A stretch of DNA of 41,867 nt, from positions 1-41,867 of the forward strand of contig NEEC01000048.1 of assembly GCA_002189035.1 (NCBI GenBank). Reading direction: 5' to 3'. This stretch comes from Utricularia gibba. Lineage: Eukaryota > Plantae > Magnoliophyta. This document shows, one piece after another, positions 22,401 to 37,400 of the stretch. The notes below the pieces were generated by a model. That model searched no databases. It saw only the letters and a list, made by a program, of their open reading frames with translations, and was not told where the DNA came from. Positions within the stretch are counted from its first letter, which is position 1. Each line of letters starts with the position of its first letter. Made by a program: the position numbers and the translations under genes.

Positions 22401-25400
22401 GCATCACTTTCTTTGCCGGGCTACAATGACTTTACGCTCGAGCCTGGTACGACGTATGGGAAGATTCGAGTGCCCCCCGAGAGCGTCTCCACAAGTATAA
22501 AGCGTGTTGTTGAAAAAACCGTGTTGGGTGCACGTGACATCCTAATTTCAACAAATGTGTCACGATTTTCGCCGAGTGGGACCAGAGTGGGCTCATCAGC
22601 CAGACCGAACCCGGGGCCCAAGCCAAGGGCCCCTCGAGAGCGCCCCCCCACAAAACTAGATGGTGTTCCACGAAAAAAAATTAGGCGGCTCGTGATAACC
22701 CAACGCTAAGAAATGCATCCCTTTTTTCGCCGGGCTAAAACTGACTTTGGGCTCATGCCCGGCGCGACCCCCAGCCCGTGTGCATACGCAGCAGCACCAC
22801 GAGGCCACATGGGCTTGGTTAATGCCCGCGTGCTCGAGCAGCAGCCACAAGGCCATACGGCCGTGGAAAAAAAGAAAAACAACCATAAAATACAATAAGC
22901 CAAAAATAAAAAATAAAATTGATAAACCCTTGGTTCGGTTCGGGCCCAATCAAAACCCGTAGGGTTTAACCCGTTCGGGTTGAACAGAAAGACAACCCCA
23001 TGGGTCATGCAAACTGTAATACCCAGAATTTCATCGGGTTGGGTCCGAACCTGAATGGATCCAACCCAGGCCCATCTCTAATCATAATCATATGATATAG
23101 GTTTATTAAATTATAAATAATTGAAATACATTATTTATTAAACCGTAGGATAACTGTGAAAGCTTCTTTGACTTAATTATTACCATTTGATCCTCAGTTG
23201 TACTTTGGATGGAGTGTGTATTTTTACTTTAGTCAATTTAATTAGCATTCGATCCTTGGTTATGATTCAGATCATATTTGCTATTTTTTTACTTTAAATA
23301 TTTTTATTATCATTCGATCCTTAAGTATAATGCGGATCGAGCGCGTATTTTTTATTTTAATATTTTTTATTAGCATTCGAACGTTAGGTATGCTGCGGAT
23401 CGAGCGTATATTTTTCACTCTCATATTTTTATTAGCCTTAGATCCTTAGGTATACTTTGGATCGAGTGCATATTCATTTATTTTAAATCTTAATTAGCGT
23501 TCCACCGTTAGGAGCAATTTAGAACGTGTATACATTACAATGCCATGCCACACGGGCGTGGTTTACGCACAACCCACGCCCGTGTGCCCTTGCAATGTAA
23601 ACACGCTCCACATTGCTCCTAAGGATCGAGCGTTAACACAAGTTTCAAGTAAACCATCTCCACTCGATCCGAATCATGTCTAAAGACCGAAAGCCAATAA
23701 AAATATTAAAATAAAAAATATACGCTCGATCCGCATCATATCTTAGAATCGAATGCAAATAGAATCGTTCAAATAAAAAATATACACTCGATTGGAATCT
23801 TAACCAAGGATCGAATGCTAATTAAAATGATTAAAATAAAAATGCACACTCCATCCAAAGTATAACTAAGGGTCGAATGCTAATAAAATTAAAAACTAAG
23901 AAACTTTCACATGTAGTATATGCTTTAATAACTAACGTATTTACATTATTTATATTTTAATAAACATATATCACATGATTATAAAAATATTTTTTTTGTC
24001 ATTGTAGAAAGCTCATCACGCCACGCACACCACCCTGGAGAGGTTTCAACAGCTGTTATGAACTCACAACCCCTTGCTCAGCAGATTCAGTAAAATTCTC
24101 TAACACTTGGGCTTCCAACGGATCATATCCCATATTCATTCATACGAAATTGTGCAAGAATAATGTGACTTTGAGTTTGAACTAGATAGTAGGACGCTGA
24201 TCGAAGAATGGCCCATCGAGTCTCTAAAATTGGCCGTCCTCGCTCAACAAATGTGGGGTGCACGTGACATCCCAATTTCAACAAATGCATCATGATTTTC
24301 GTCGAGTGGGCCCATGAGCCCGTCCGAACCCGGGGCCCGGGCCAAGGGCCCCTCGAGAGCGCCCGCCTCAATACGAGGAGGTGTTCCTTCAAAAACCATA
24401 TACGCGTCTCGTCACAACCCAACGTTAATAAATGCATCACTTTTTTTGGCGCGCTACTGCTGACTTTGGGCCTGAGTTCGGCACGACCTCCGGCTCGATC
24501 AGGGTGCCCCACCGAGAGCTCCTCCTTAAGTATAAAGTGTGTTGTTGAAAAAAACCGTGTGCGGTTCTCGTGACATCCTAACTTCAACAAATGCATCACG
24601 ATTTTCGTCGAGTCGGACGGGACCGGGCTCCCGGGGCCCGGACGAGGCGCAGCGCCCGCTCCCCTCCCCCCCAAAACTAGAAGGTGTTCCATGGAAAACC
24701 ATTTAGGCGGCTCGTGACAACCCAAAGTTAATAAATGCATCACTTTCTTTGCCGGGCTACAATGACTTTACGCTCGAGCCTGGTACGACGTATGGGAAGA
24801 TTCGAGTGCCCCCCGAGAGCGTCTCCACAAGTATAAAGCGTGTTGTTGAAAAAACCGTGTTGGGTGCACGTGACATCCTAATTTCAACAAATGTGTCACG
24901 ATTTTCGCCGAGTGGGACCAGAGTGGGCTCATCAGCCAGACCGAACCCGGGGCCCAAGCCAAGGGCCCCTCGAGAGCGCCCCCCCACAAAACTAGATGGT
25001 GTTCCACGAAAAAAAATTAGGCGGCTCGTGATAACCCAACGCTAAGAAATGCATCCCTTTTTTCGCCGGGCTAAAACTGACTTTGGGCTCATGCCCGGCG
25101 CGACCCCCAGCCCGTGTGCATACGCAGCAGCACCACGAGGCCACATGGGCTTGGTTAATGCCCGCGTGCTCGAGCAGCAGCCACAAGGCCATACGGCCGT
25201 GGAAAAAAAGAAAAACAACCATAAAATACAATAAGCCAAAAATAAAAAATAAAATTGATAAACCCTTGGTTCGGTTCGGGCCCAATCAAAACCCGTAGGG
25301 TTTAACCCGTTCGGGTTGAACAGAAAGACAACCCCATGGGTCATGCAAACTGTAATACCCAGAATTTCATCGGGTTGGGTCCGAACCTGAATGGATCCAA

Positions 25401-28400
25401 CCCAGGCCCATCTCTAATCATAATCATATGATATAGGTTTATTAAATTATAAATAATTGAAATACATTATTTATTAAACCGTAGGATAACTGTGAAAGCT
25501 TCTTTGACTTAATTATTACCATTTGATCCTCAGTTGTACTTTGGATGGAGTGTGTATTTTTACTTTAGTCAATTTAATTAGCATTCGATCCTTGGTTATG
25601 ATTCAGATCATATTTGCTATTTTTTTACTTTAAATATTTTTATTATCATTCGATCCTTAAGTATAATGCGGATCGAGCGCGTATTTTTTATTTTAATATT
25701 TTTTATTAGCATTCGAACGTTAGGTATGCTGCGGATCGAGCGTATATTTTTCACTCTCATATTTTTATTAGCCTTAGATCCTTAGGTATACTTTGGATCG
25801 AGTGCATATTCATTTATTTTAAATCTTAATTAGCGTTCCACCGTTAGGAGCAATTTAGAACGTGTATACATTACAATGCCATGCCACACGGGCGTGGTTT
25901 ACGCACAACCCACGCCCGTGTGCCCTTGCAATGTAAACACGCTCCACATTGCTCCTAAGGATCGAGCGTTAACACAAGTTTCAAGTAAACCATCTCCACT
26001 CGATCCGAATCATGTCTAAAGACCGAAAGCCAATAAAAATATTAAAATAAAAAATATACGCTCGATCCGCATCATATCTTAGAATCGAATGCAAATAGAA
26101 TCGTTCAAATAAAAAATATACACTCGATTGGAATCTTAACCAAGGATCGAATGCTAATTAAAATGATTAAAATAAAAATGCACACTCCATCCAAAGTATA
26201 ACTAAGGGTCGAATGCTAATAAAATTAAAAACTAAGAAACTTTCACATGTAGTATATGCTTTAATAACTAACGTATTTACATTATTTATATTTTAATAAA
26301 CATATATCACATGATTATAAAAATATTTTTTTTGTCATTGTAGAAAGCTCATCACGCCACGCACACCACCCTGGAGAGGTTTCAACAGCTGTTATGAACT
26401 CACAACCCCTTGCTCAGCAGATTCAGTAAAATTCTCTAACACTTGGGCTTCCAACGGATCATATCCCATATTCATTCATACGAAATTGTGCAAGAATAAT
26501 GTGACTTTGAGTTTGAACTAGATAGTAGGACGCTGATCGAAGAATGGCCCATCGAGTCTCTAAAATTGGCCGTCCTCGCTCAACAAATGTGGGGTGCACG
26601 TGACATCCCAATTTCAACAAATGCATCATGATTTTCGTCGAGTGGGCCCATGAGCCCGTCCGAACCCGGGGCCCGGGCCAAGGGCCCCTCGAGAGCGCCC
26701 GCCTCAATACGAGGAGGTGTTCCTTCAAAAACCATATACGCGTCTCGTCACAACCCAACGTTAATAAATGCATCACTTTTTTTGGCGCGCTACTGCTGAC
26801 TTTGGGCCTGAGTTCGGCACGACCTCCGGCTCGATCAGGGTGCCCCACCGAGAGCTCCTCCTTAAGTATAAAGTGTGTTGTTGAAAAAAACCGTGTGCGG
26901 TTCTCGTGACATCCTAACTTCAACAAATGCATCACGATTTTCGTCGAGTCGGACGGGACCGGGCTCCCGGGGCCCGGACGAGGCGCAGCGCCCGCTCCCC
27001 TCCCCCCCAAAACTAGAAGGTGTTCCATGGAAAACCATTTAGGCGGCTCGTGACAACCCAAAGTTAATAAATGCATCACTTTCTTTGCCGGGCTACAATG
27101 ACTTTACGCTCGAGCCTGGTACGACGTATGGGAAGATTCGAGTGCCCCCCGAGAGCGTCTCCACAAGTATAAAGCGTGTTGTTGAAAAAACCGTGTTGGG
27201 TGCACGTGACATCCTAATTTCAACAAATGTGTCACGATTTTCGCCGAGTGGGACCAGAGTGGGCTCATCAGCCAGACCGAACCCGGGGCCCAAGCCAAGG
27301 GCCCCTCGAGAGCGCCCCCCCACAAAACTAGATGGTGTTCCACGAAAAAAAATTAGGCGGCTCGTGATAACCCAACGCTAAGAAATGCATCCCTTTTTTC
27401 GCCGGGCTAAAACTGACTTTGGGCTCATGCCCGGCGCGACCCCCAGCCCGTGTGCATACGCAGCAGCACCACGAGGCCACATGGGCTTGGTTAATGCCCG
27501 CGTGCTCGAGCAGCAGCCACAAGGCCATACGGCCGTGGAAAAAAAGAAAAACAACCATAAAATACAATAAGCCAAAAATAAAAAATAAAATTGATAAACC
27601 CTTGGTTCGGTTCGGGCCCAATCAAAACCCGTAGGGTTTAACCCGTTCGGGTTGAACAGAAAGACAACCCCATGGGTCATGCAAACTGTAATACCCAGAA
27701 TTTCATCGGGTTGGGTCCGAACCTGAATGGATCCAACCCAGGCCCATCTCTAATCATAATCATATGATATAGGTTTATTAAATTATAAATAATTGAAATA
27801 CATTATTTATTAAACCGTAGGATAACTGTGAAAGCTTCTTTGACTTAATTATTACCATTTGATCCTCAGTTGTACTTTGGATGGAGTGTGTATTTTTACT
27901 TTAGTCAATTTAATTAGCATTCGATCCTTGGTTATGATTCAGATCATATTTGCTATTTTTTTACTTTAAATATTTTTATTATCATTCGATCCTTAAGTAT
28001 AATGCGGATCGAGCGCGTATTTTTTATTTTAATATTTTTTATTAGCATTCGAACGTTAGGTATGCTGCGGATCGAGCGTATATTTTTCACTCTCATATTT
28101 TTATTAGCCTTAGATCCTTAGGTATACTTTGGATCGAGTGCATATTCATTTATTTTAAATCTTAATTAGCGTTCCACCGTTAGGAGCAATTTAGAACGTG
28201 TATACATTACAATGCCATGCCACACGGGCGTGGTTTACGCACAACCCACGCCCGTGTGCCCTTGCAATGTAAACACGCTCCACATTGCTCCTAAGGATCG
28301 AGCGTTAACACAAGTTTCAAGTAAACCATCTCCACTCGATCCGAATCATGTCTAAAGACCGAAAGCCAATAAAAATATTAAAATAAAAAATATACGCTCG

Positions 28401-31400
28401 ATCCGCATCATATCTTAGAATCGAATGCAAATAGAATCGTTCAAATAAAAAATATACACTCGATTGGAATCTTAACCAAGGATCGAATGCTAATTAAAAT
28501 GATTAAAATAAAAATGCACACTCCATCCAAAGTATAACTAAGGGTCGAATGCTAATAAAATTAAAAACTAAGAAACTTTCACATGTAGTATATGCTTTAA
28601 TAACTAACGTATTTACATTATTTATATTTTAATAAACATATATCACATGATTATAAAAATATTTTTTTTGTCATTGTAGAAAGCTCATCACGCCACGCAC
28701 ACCACCCTGGAGAGGTTTCAACAGCTGTTATGAACTCACAACCCCTTGCTCAGCAGATTCAGTAAAATTCTCTAACACTTGGGCTTCCAACGGATCATAT
28801 CCCATATTCATTCATACGAAATTGTGCAAGAATAATGTGACTTTGAGTTTGAACTAGATAGTAGGACGCTGATCGAAGAATGGCCCATCGAGTCTCTAAA
28901 ATTGGCCGTCCTCGCTCAACAAATGTGGGGTGCACGTGACATCCCAATTTCAACAAATGCATCATGATTTTCGTCGAGTGGGCCCATGAGCCCGTCCGAA
29001 CCCGGGGCCCGGGCCAAGGGCCCCTCGAGAGCGCCCGCCTCAATACGAGGAGGTGTTCCTTCAAAAACCATATACGCGTCTCGTCACAACCCAACGTTAA
29101 TAAATGCATCACTTTTTTTGGCGCGCTACTGCTGACTTTGGGCCTGAGTTCGGCACGACCTCCGGCTCGATCAGGGTGCCCCACCGAGAGCTCCTCCTTA
29201 AGTATAAAGTGTGTTGTTGAAAAAAACCGTGTGCGGTTCTCGTGACATCCTAACTTCAACAAATGCATCACGATTTTCGTCGAGTCGGACGGGACCGGGC
29301 TCCCGGGGCCCGGACGAGGCGCAGCGCCCGCTCCCCTCCCCCCCAAAACTAGAAGGTGTTCCATGGAAAACCATTTAGGCGGCTCGTGACAACCCAAAGT
29401 TAATAAATGCATCACTTTCTTTGCCGGGCTACAATGACTTTACGCTCGAGCCTGGTACGACGTATGGGAAGATTCGAGTGCCCCCCGAGAGCGTCTCCAC
29501 AAGTATAAAGCGTGTTGTTGAAAAAACCGTGTTGGGTGCACGTGACATCCTAATTTCAACAAATGTGTCACGATTTTCGCCGAGTGGGACCAGAGTGGGC
29601 TCATCAGCCAGACCGAACCCGGGGCCCAAGCCAAGGGCCCCTCGAGAGCGCCCCCCCACAAAACTAGATGGTGTTCCACGAAAAAAAATTAGGCGGCTCG
29701 TGATAACCCAACGCTAAGAAATGCATCCCTTTTTTCGCCGGGCTAAAACTGACTTTGGGCTCATGCCCGGCGCGACCCCCAGCCCGTGTGCATACGCAGC
29801 AGCACCACGAGGCCACATGGGCTTGGTTAATGCCCGCGTGCTCGAGCAGCAGCCACAAGGCCATACGGCCGTGGAAAAAAAGAAAAACAACCATAAAATA
29901 CAATAAGCCAAAAATAAAAAATAAAATTGATAAACCCTTGGTTCGGTTCGGGCCCAATCAAAACCCGTAGGGTTTAACCCGTTCGGGTTGAACAGAAAGA
30001 CAACCCCATGGGTCATGCAAACTGTAATACCCAGAATTTCATCGGGTTGGGTCCGAACCTGAATGGATCCAACCCAGGCCCATCTCTAATCATAATCATA
30101 TGATATAGGTTTATTAAATTATAAATAATTGAAATACATTATTTATTAAACCGTAGGATAACTGTGAAAGCTTCTTTGACTTAATTATTACCATTTGATC
30201 CTCAGTTGTACTTTGGATGGAGTGTGTATTTTTACTTTAGTCAATTTAATTAGCATTCGATCCTTGGTTATGATTCAGATCATATTTGCTATTTTTTTAC
30301 TTTAAATATTTTTATTATCATTCGATCCTTAAGTATAATGCGGATCGAGCGCGTATTTTTTATTTTAATATTTTTTATTAGCATTCGAACGTTAGGTATG
30401 CTGCGGATCGAGCGTATATTTTTCACTCTCATATTTTTATTAGCCTTAGATCCTTAGGTATACTTTGGATCGAGTGCATATTCATTTATTTTAAATCTTA
30501 ATTAGCGTTCCACCGTTAGGAGCAATTTAGAACGTGTATACATTACAATGCCATGCCACACGGGCGTGGTTTACGCACAACCCACGCCCGTGTGCCCTTG
30601 CAATGTAAACACGCTCCACATTGCTCCTAAGGATCGAGCGTTAACACAAGTTTCAAGTAAACCATCTCCACTCGATCCGAATCATGTCTAAAGACCGAAA
30701 GCCAATAAAAATATTAAAATAAAAAATATACGCTCGATCCGCATCATATCTTAGAATCGAATGCAAATAGAATCGTTCAAATAAAAAATATACACTCGAT
30801 TGGAATCTTAACCAAGGATCGAATGCTAATTAAAATGATTAAAATAAAAATGCACACTCCATCCAAAGTATAACTAAGGGTCGAATGCTAATAAAATTAA
30901 AAACTAAGAAACTTTCACATGTAGTATATGCTTTAATAACTAACGTATTTACATTATTTATATTTTAATAAACATATATCACATGATTATAAAAATATTT
31001 TTTTTGTCATTGTAGAAAGCTCATCACGCCACGCACACCACCCTGGAGAGGTTTCAACAGCTGTTATGAACTCACAACCCCTTGCTCAGCAGATTCAGTA
31101 AAATTCTCTAACACTTGGGCTTCCAACGGATCATATCCCATATTCATTCATACGAAATTGTGCAAGAATAATGTGACTTTGAGTTTGAACTAGATAGTAG
31201 GACGCTGATCGAAGAATGGCCCATCGAGTCTCTAAAATTGGCCGTCCTCGCTCAACAAATGTGGGGTGCACGTGACATCCCAATTTCAACAAATGCATCA
31301 TGATTTTCGTCGAGTGGGCCCATGAGCCCGTCCGAACCCGGGGCCCGGGCCAAGGGCCCCTCGAGAGCGCCCGCCTCAATACGAGGAGGTGTTCCTTCAA

Positions 31401-34400
31401 AAACCATATACGCGTCTCGTCACAACCCAACGTTAATAAATGCATCACTTTTTTTGGCGCGCTACTGCTGACTTTGGGCCTGAGTTCGGCACGACCTCCG
31501 GCTCGATCAGGGTGCCCCACCGAGAGCTCCTCCTTAAGTATAAAGTGTGTTGTTGAAAAAAACCGTGTGCGGTTCTCGTGACATCCTAACTTCAACAAAT
31601 GCATCACGATTTTCGTCGAGTCGGACGGGACCGGGCTCCCGGGGCCCGGACGAGGCGCAGCGCCCGCTCCCCTCCCCCCCAAAACTAGAAGGTGTTCCAT
31701 GGAAAACCATTTAGGCGGCTCGTGACAACCCAAAGTTAATAAATGCATCACTTTCTTTGCCGGGCTACAATGACTTTACGCTCGAGCCTGGTACGACGTA
31801 TGGGAAGATTCGAGTGCCCCCCGAGAGCGTCTCCACAAGTATAAAGCGTGTTGTTGAAAAAACCGTGTTGGGTGCACGTGACATCCTAATTTCAACAAAT
31901 GTGTCACGATTTTCGCCGAGTGGGACCAGAGTGGGCTCATCAGCCAGACCGAACCCGGGGCCCAAGCCAAGGGCCCCTCGAGAGCGCCCCCCACAAAACT
32001 AGATGGTGTTCCACGAAAAAAAATTAGGCGGCTCGTGATAACCCAACGCTAAGAAATGCATCCCTTTTTTCGCCGGGCTAAAACTGACTTTGGGCTCATG
32101 CCCGGCGCGACCCCCAGCCCGTGTGCATACGCAGCAGCACCACGAGGCCACATGGGCTTGGTTAATGCCCGCGTGCTCGAGCAGCAGCCACAAGGCCATA
32201 CGGCCGTGGAAAAAAAGAAAAACAACCATAAAATACAATAAGCCAAAAATAAAAAATAAAATTGATAAACCCTTGGTTCGGTTCGGGCCCAATCAAAACC
32301 CGTAGGGTTTAACCCGTTCGGGTTGAACAGAAAGACAACCCCATGGGTCATGCAAACTGTAATACCCAGAATTTCATCGGGTTGGGTCCGAACCTGAATG
32401 GATCCAACCCAGGCCCATCTCTAATCATAATCATATGATATAGGTTTATTAAATTATAAATAATTGAAATACATTATTTATTAAACCGTAGGATAACTGT
32501 GAAAGCTTCTTTGACTTAATTATTACCATTTGATCCTCAGTTGTACTTTGGATGGAGTGTGTATTTTTACTTTAGTCAATTTAATTAGCATTCGATCCTT
32601 GGTTATGATTCAGATCATATTTGCTATTTTTTTACTTTAAATATTTTTATTATCATTCGATCCTTAAGTATAATGCGGATCGAGCGCGTATTTTTTATTT
32701 TAATATTTTTTATTAGCATTCGAACGTTAGGTATGCTGCGGATCGAGCGTATATTTTTCACTCTCATATTTTTATTAGCCTTAGATCCTTAGGTATACTT
32801 TGGATCGAGTGCATATTCATTTATTTTAAATCTTAATTAGCGTTCCACCGTTAGGAGCAATTTAGAACGTGTATACATTACAATGCCATGCCACACGGGC
32901 GTGGTTTACGCACAACCCACGCCCGTGTGCCCTTGCAATGTAAACACGCTCCACATTGCTCCTAAGGATCGAGCGTTAACACAAGTTTCAAGTAAACCAT
33001 CTCCACTCGATCCGAATCATGTCTAAAGACCGAAAGCCAATAAAAATATTAAAATAAAAAATATACGCTCGATCCGCATCATATCTTAGAATCGAATGCA
33101 AATAGAATCGTTCAAATAAAAAATATACACTCGATTGGAATCTTAACCAAGGATCGAATGCTAATTAAAATGATTAAAATAAAAATGCACACTCCATCCA
33201 AAGTATAACTAAGGGTCGAATGCTAATAAAATTAAAAACTAAGAAACTTTCACATGTAGTATATGCTTTAATAACTAACGTATTTACATTATTTATATTT
33301 TAATAAACATATATCACATGATTATAAAAATATTTTTTTTGTCATTGTAGAAAGCTCATCACGCCACGCACACCACCCTGGAGAGGTTTCAACAGCTGTT
33401 ATGAACTCACAACCCCTTGCTCAGCAGATTCAGTAAAATTCTCTAACACTTGGGCTTCCAACGGATCATATCCCATATTCATTCATACGAAATTGTGCAA
33501 GAATAATGTGACTTTGAGTTTGAACTAGATAGTAGGACGCTGATCGAAGAATGGCCCATCGAGTCTCTAAAATTGGCCGTCCTCGCTCAACAAATGTGGG
33601 GTGCACGTGACATCCCAATTTCAACAAATGCATCATGATTTTCGTCGAGTGGGCCCATGAGCCCGTCCGAACCCGGGGCCCGGGCCAAGGGCCCCTCGAG
33701 AGCGCCCGCCTCAATACGAGGAGGTGTTCCTTCAAAAACCATATACGCGTCTCGTCACAACCCAACGTTAATAAATGCATCACTTTTTTTGGCGCGCTAC
33801 TGCTGACTTTGGGCCTGAGTTCGGCACGACCTCCGGCTCGATCAGGGTGCCCCACCGAGAGCTCCTCCTTAAGTATAAAGTGTGTTGTTGAAAAAAACCG
33901 TGTGCGGTTCTCGTGACATCCTAACTTCAACAAATGCATCACGATTTTCGTCGAGTCGGACGGGACCGGGCTCCCGGGGCCCGGACGAGGCGCAGCGCCC
34001 GCTCCCCTCCCCCCCAAAACTAGAAGGTGTTCCATGGAAAACCATTTAGGCGGCTCGTGACAACCCAAAGTTAATAAATGCATCACTTTCTTTGCCGGGC
34101 TACAATGACTTTACGCTCGAGCCTGGTACGACGTATGGGAAGATTCGAGTGCCCCCCGAGAGCGTCTCCACAAGTATAAAGCGTGTTGTTGAAAAAACCG
34201 TGTTGGGTGCACGTGACATCCTAATTTCAACAAATGTGTCACGATTTTCGCCGAGTGGGACCAGAGTGGGCTCATCAGCCAGACCGAACCCGGGGCCCAA
34301 GCCAAGGGCCCCTCGAGAGCGCCCCCCCACAAAACTAGATGGTGTTCCACGAAAAAAAATTAGGCGGCTCGTGATAACCCAACGCTAAGAAATGCATCCC

Positions 34401-37400
34401 TTTTTTCGCCGGGCTAAAACTGACTTTGGGCTCATGCCCGGCGCGACCCCCAGCCCGTGTGCATACGCAGCAGCACCACGAGGCCACATGGGCTTGGTTA
34501 ATGCCCGCGTGCTCGAGCAGCAGCCACAAGGCCATACGGCCGTGGAAAAAAAGAAAAACAACCATAAAATACAATAAGCCAAAAATAAAAATAAAATTGA
34601 TAAACCCTTGGTTCGGTTCGGGCCCAATCAAAACCCGTAGGGTTTAACCCGTTCGGGTTGAACAGAAAGACAACCCCATGGGTCATGCAAACTGTAATAC
34701 CCAGAATTTCATCGGGTTGGGTCCGAACCTGAATGGATCCAACCCAGGCCCATCTCTAATCATAATCATATGATATAGGTTTATTAAATTATAAATAATT
34801 GAAATACATTATTTATTAAACCGTAGGATAACTGTGAAAGCTTCTTTGACTTAATTATTACCATTTGATCCTCAGTTGTACTTTGGATGGAGTGTGTATT
34901 TTTACTTTAGTCAATTTAATTAGCATTCGATCCTTGGTTATGATTCAGATCATATTTGCTATTTTTTTACTTTAAATATTTTTATTATCATTCGATCCTT
35001 AAGTATAATGCGGATCGAGCGCGTATTTTTTATTTTAATATTTTTTATTAGCATTCGAACGTTAGGTATGCTGCGGATCGAGCGTATATTTTTCACTCTC
35101 ATATTTTTATTAGCCTTAGATCCTTAGGTATACTTTGGATCGAGTGCATATTCATTTATTTTAAATCTTAATTAGCGTTCCACCGTTAGGAGCAATTTAG
35201 AACGTGTATACATTACAATGCCATGCCACACGGGCGTGGTTTACGCACAACCCACGCCCGTGTGCCCTTGCAATGTAAACACGCTCCACATTGCTCCTAA
35301 GGATCGAGCGTTAACACAAGTTTCAAGTAAACCATCTCCACTCGATCCGAATCATGTCTAAAGACCGAAAGCCAATAAAAATATTAAAATAAAAAATATA
35401 CGCTCGATCCGCATCATATCTTAGAATCGAATGCAAATAGAATCGTTCAAATAAAAAATATACACTCGATTGGAATCTTAACCAAGGATCGAATGCTAAT
35501 TAAAATGATTAAAATAAAAATGCACACTCCATCCAAAGTATAACTAAGGGTCGAATGCTAATAAAATTAAAAACTAAGAAACTTTCACATGTAGTATATG
35601 CTTTAATAACTAACGTATTTACATTATTTATATTTTAATAAACATATATCACATGATTATAAAAATATTTTTTTTGTCATTGTAGAAAGCTCATCACGCC
35701 ACGCACACCACCCTGGAGAGGTTTCAACAGCTGTTATGAACTCACAACCCCTTGCTCAGCAGATTCAGTAAAATTCTCTAACACTTGGGCTTCCAACGGA
35801 TCATATCCCATATTCATTCATACGAAATTGTGCAAGAATAATGTGACTTTGAGTTTGAACTAGATAGTAGGACGCTGATCGAAGAATGGCCCATCGAGTC
35901 TCTAAAATTGGCCGTCCTCGCTCAACAAATGTGGGGTGCACGTGACATCCCAATTTCAACAAATGCATCATGATTTTCGTCGAGTGGGCCCATGAGCCCG
36001 TCCGAACCCGGGGCCCGGGCCAAGGGCCCCTCGAGAGCGCCCGCCTCAATACGAGGAGGTGTTCCTTCAAAAACCATATACGCGTCTCGTCACAACCCAA
36101 CGTTAATAAATGCATCACTTTTTTTGGCGCGCTACTGCTGACTTTGGGCCTGAGTTCGGCACGACCTCCGGCTCGATCAGGGTGCCCCACCGAGAGCTCC
36201 TCCTTAAGTATAAAGTGTGTTGTTGAAAAAAACCGTGTGCGGTTCTCGTGACATCCTAACTTCAACAAATGCATCACGATTTTCGTCGAGTCGGACGGGA
36301 CCGGGCTCCCGGGGCCCGGACGAGGCGCAGCGCCCGCTCCCCTCCCCCCCAAAACTAGAAGGTGTTCCATGGAAAACCATTTAGGCGGCTCGTGACAACC
36401 CAAAGTTAATAAATGCATCACTTTCTTTGCCGGGCTACAATGACTTTACGCTCGAGCCTGGTACGACGTATGGGAAGATTCGAGTGCCCCCGAGAGCGTC
36501 TCCACAAGTATAAAGCGTGTTGTTGAAAAAACCGTGTTGGGTGCACGTGACATCCTAATTTCAACAAATGTGTCACGATTTTCGCCGAGTGGGACCAGAG
36601 TGGGCTCATCAGCCAGACCGAACCCGGGGCCCAAGCCAAGGGCCCCTCGAGAGCGCCCCCCCACAAAACTAGATGGTGTTCCACGAAAAAAAATTAGGCG
36701 GCTCGTGATAACCCAACGCTAAGAAATGCATCCCTTTTTTCGCCGGGCTAAAACTGACTTTGGGCTCATGCCCGGCGCGACCCCCAGCCCGTGTGCATAC
36801 GCAGCAGCACCACGAGGCCACATGGGCTTGGTTAATGCCCGCGTGCTCGAGCAGCAGCCACAAGGCCATACGGCCGTGGAAAAAAAGAAAAACAACCATA
36901 AAATACAATAAGCCAAAAATAAAAATAAAATTGATAAACCCTTGGTTCGGTTCGGGCCCAATCAAAACCCGTAGGGTTTAACCCGTTCGGGTTGAACAGA
37001 AAGACAACCCCATGGGTCATGCAAACTGTAATACCCAGAATTTCATCGGGTTGGGTCCGAACCTGAATGGATCCAACCCAGGCCCATCTCTAATCATAAT
37101 CATATGATATAGGTTTATTAAATTATAAATAATTGAAATACATTATTTATTAAACCGTAGGATAACTGTGAAAGCTTCTTTGACTTAATTATTACCATTT
37201 GATCCTCAGTTGTACTTTGGATGGAGTGTGTATTTTTACTTTAGTCAATTTAATTAGCATTCGATCCTTGGTTATGATTCAGATCATATTTGCTATTTTT
37301 TTACTTTAAATATTTTTATTATCATTCGATCCTTAAGTATAATGCGGATCGAGCGCGTATTTTTTATTTTAATATTTTTTATTAGCATTCGAACGTTAGG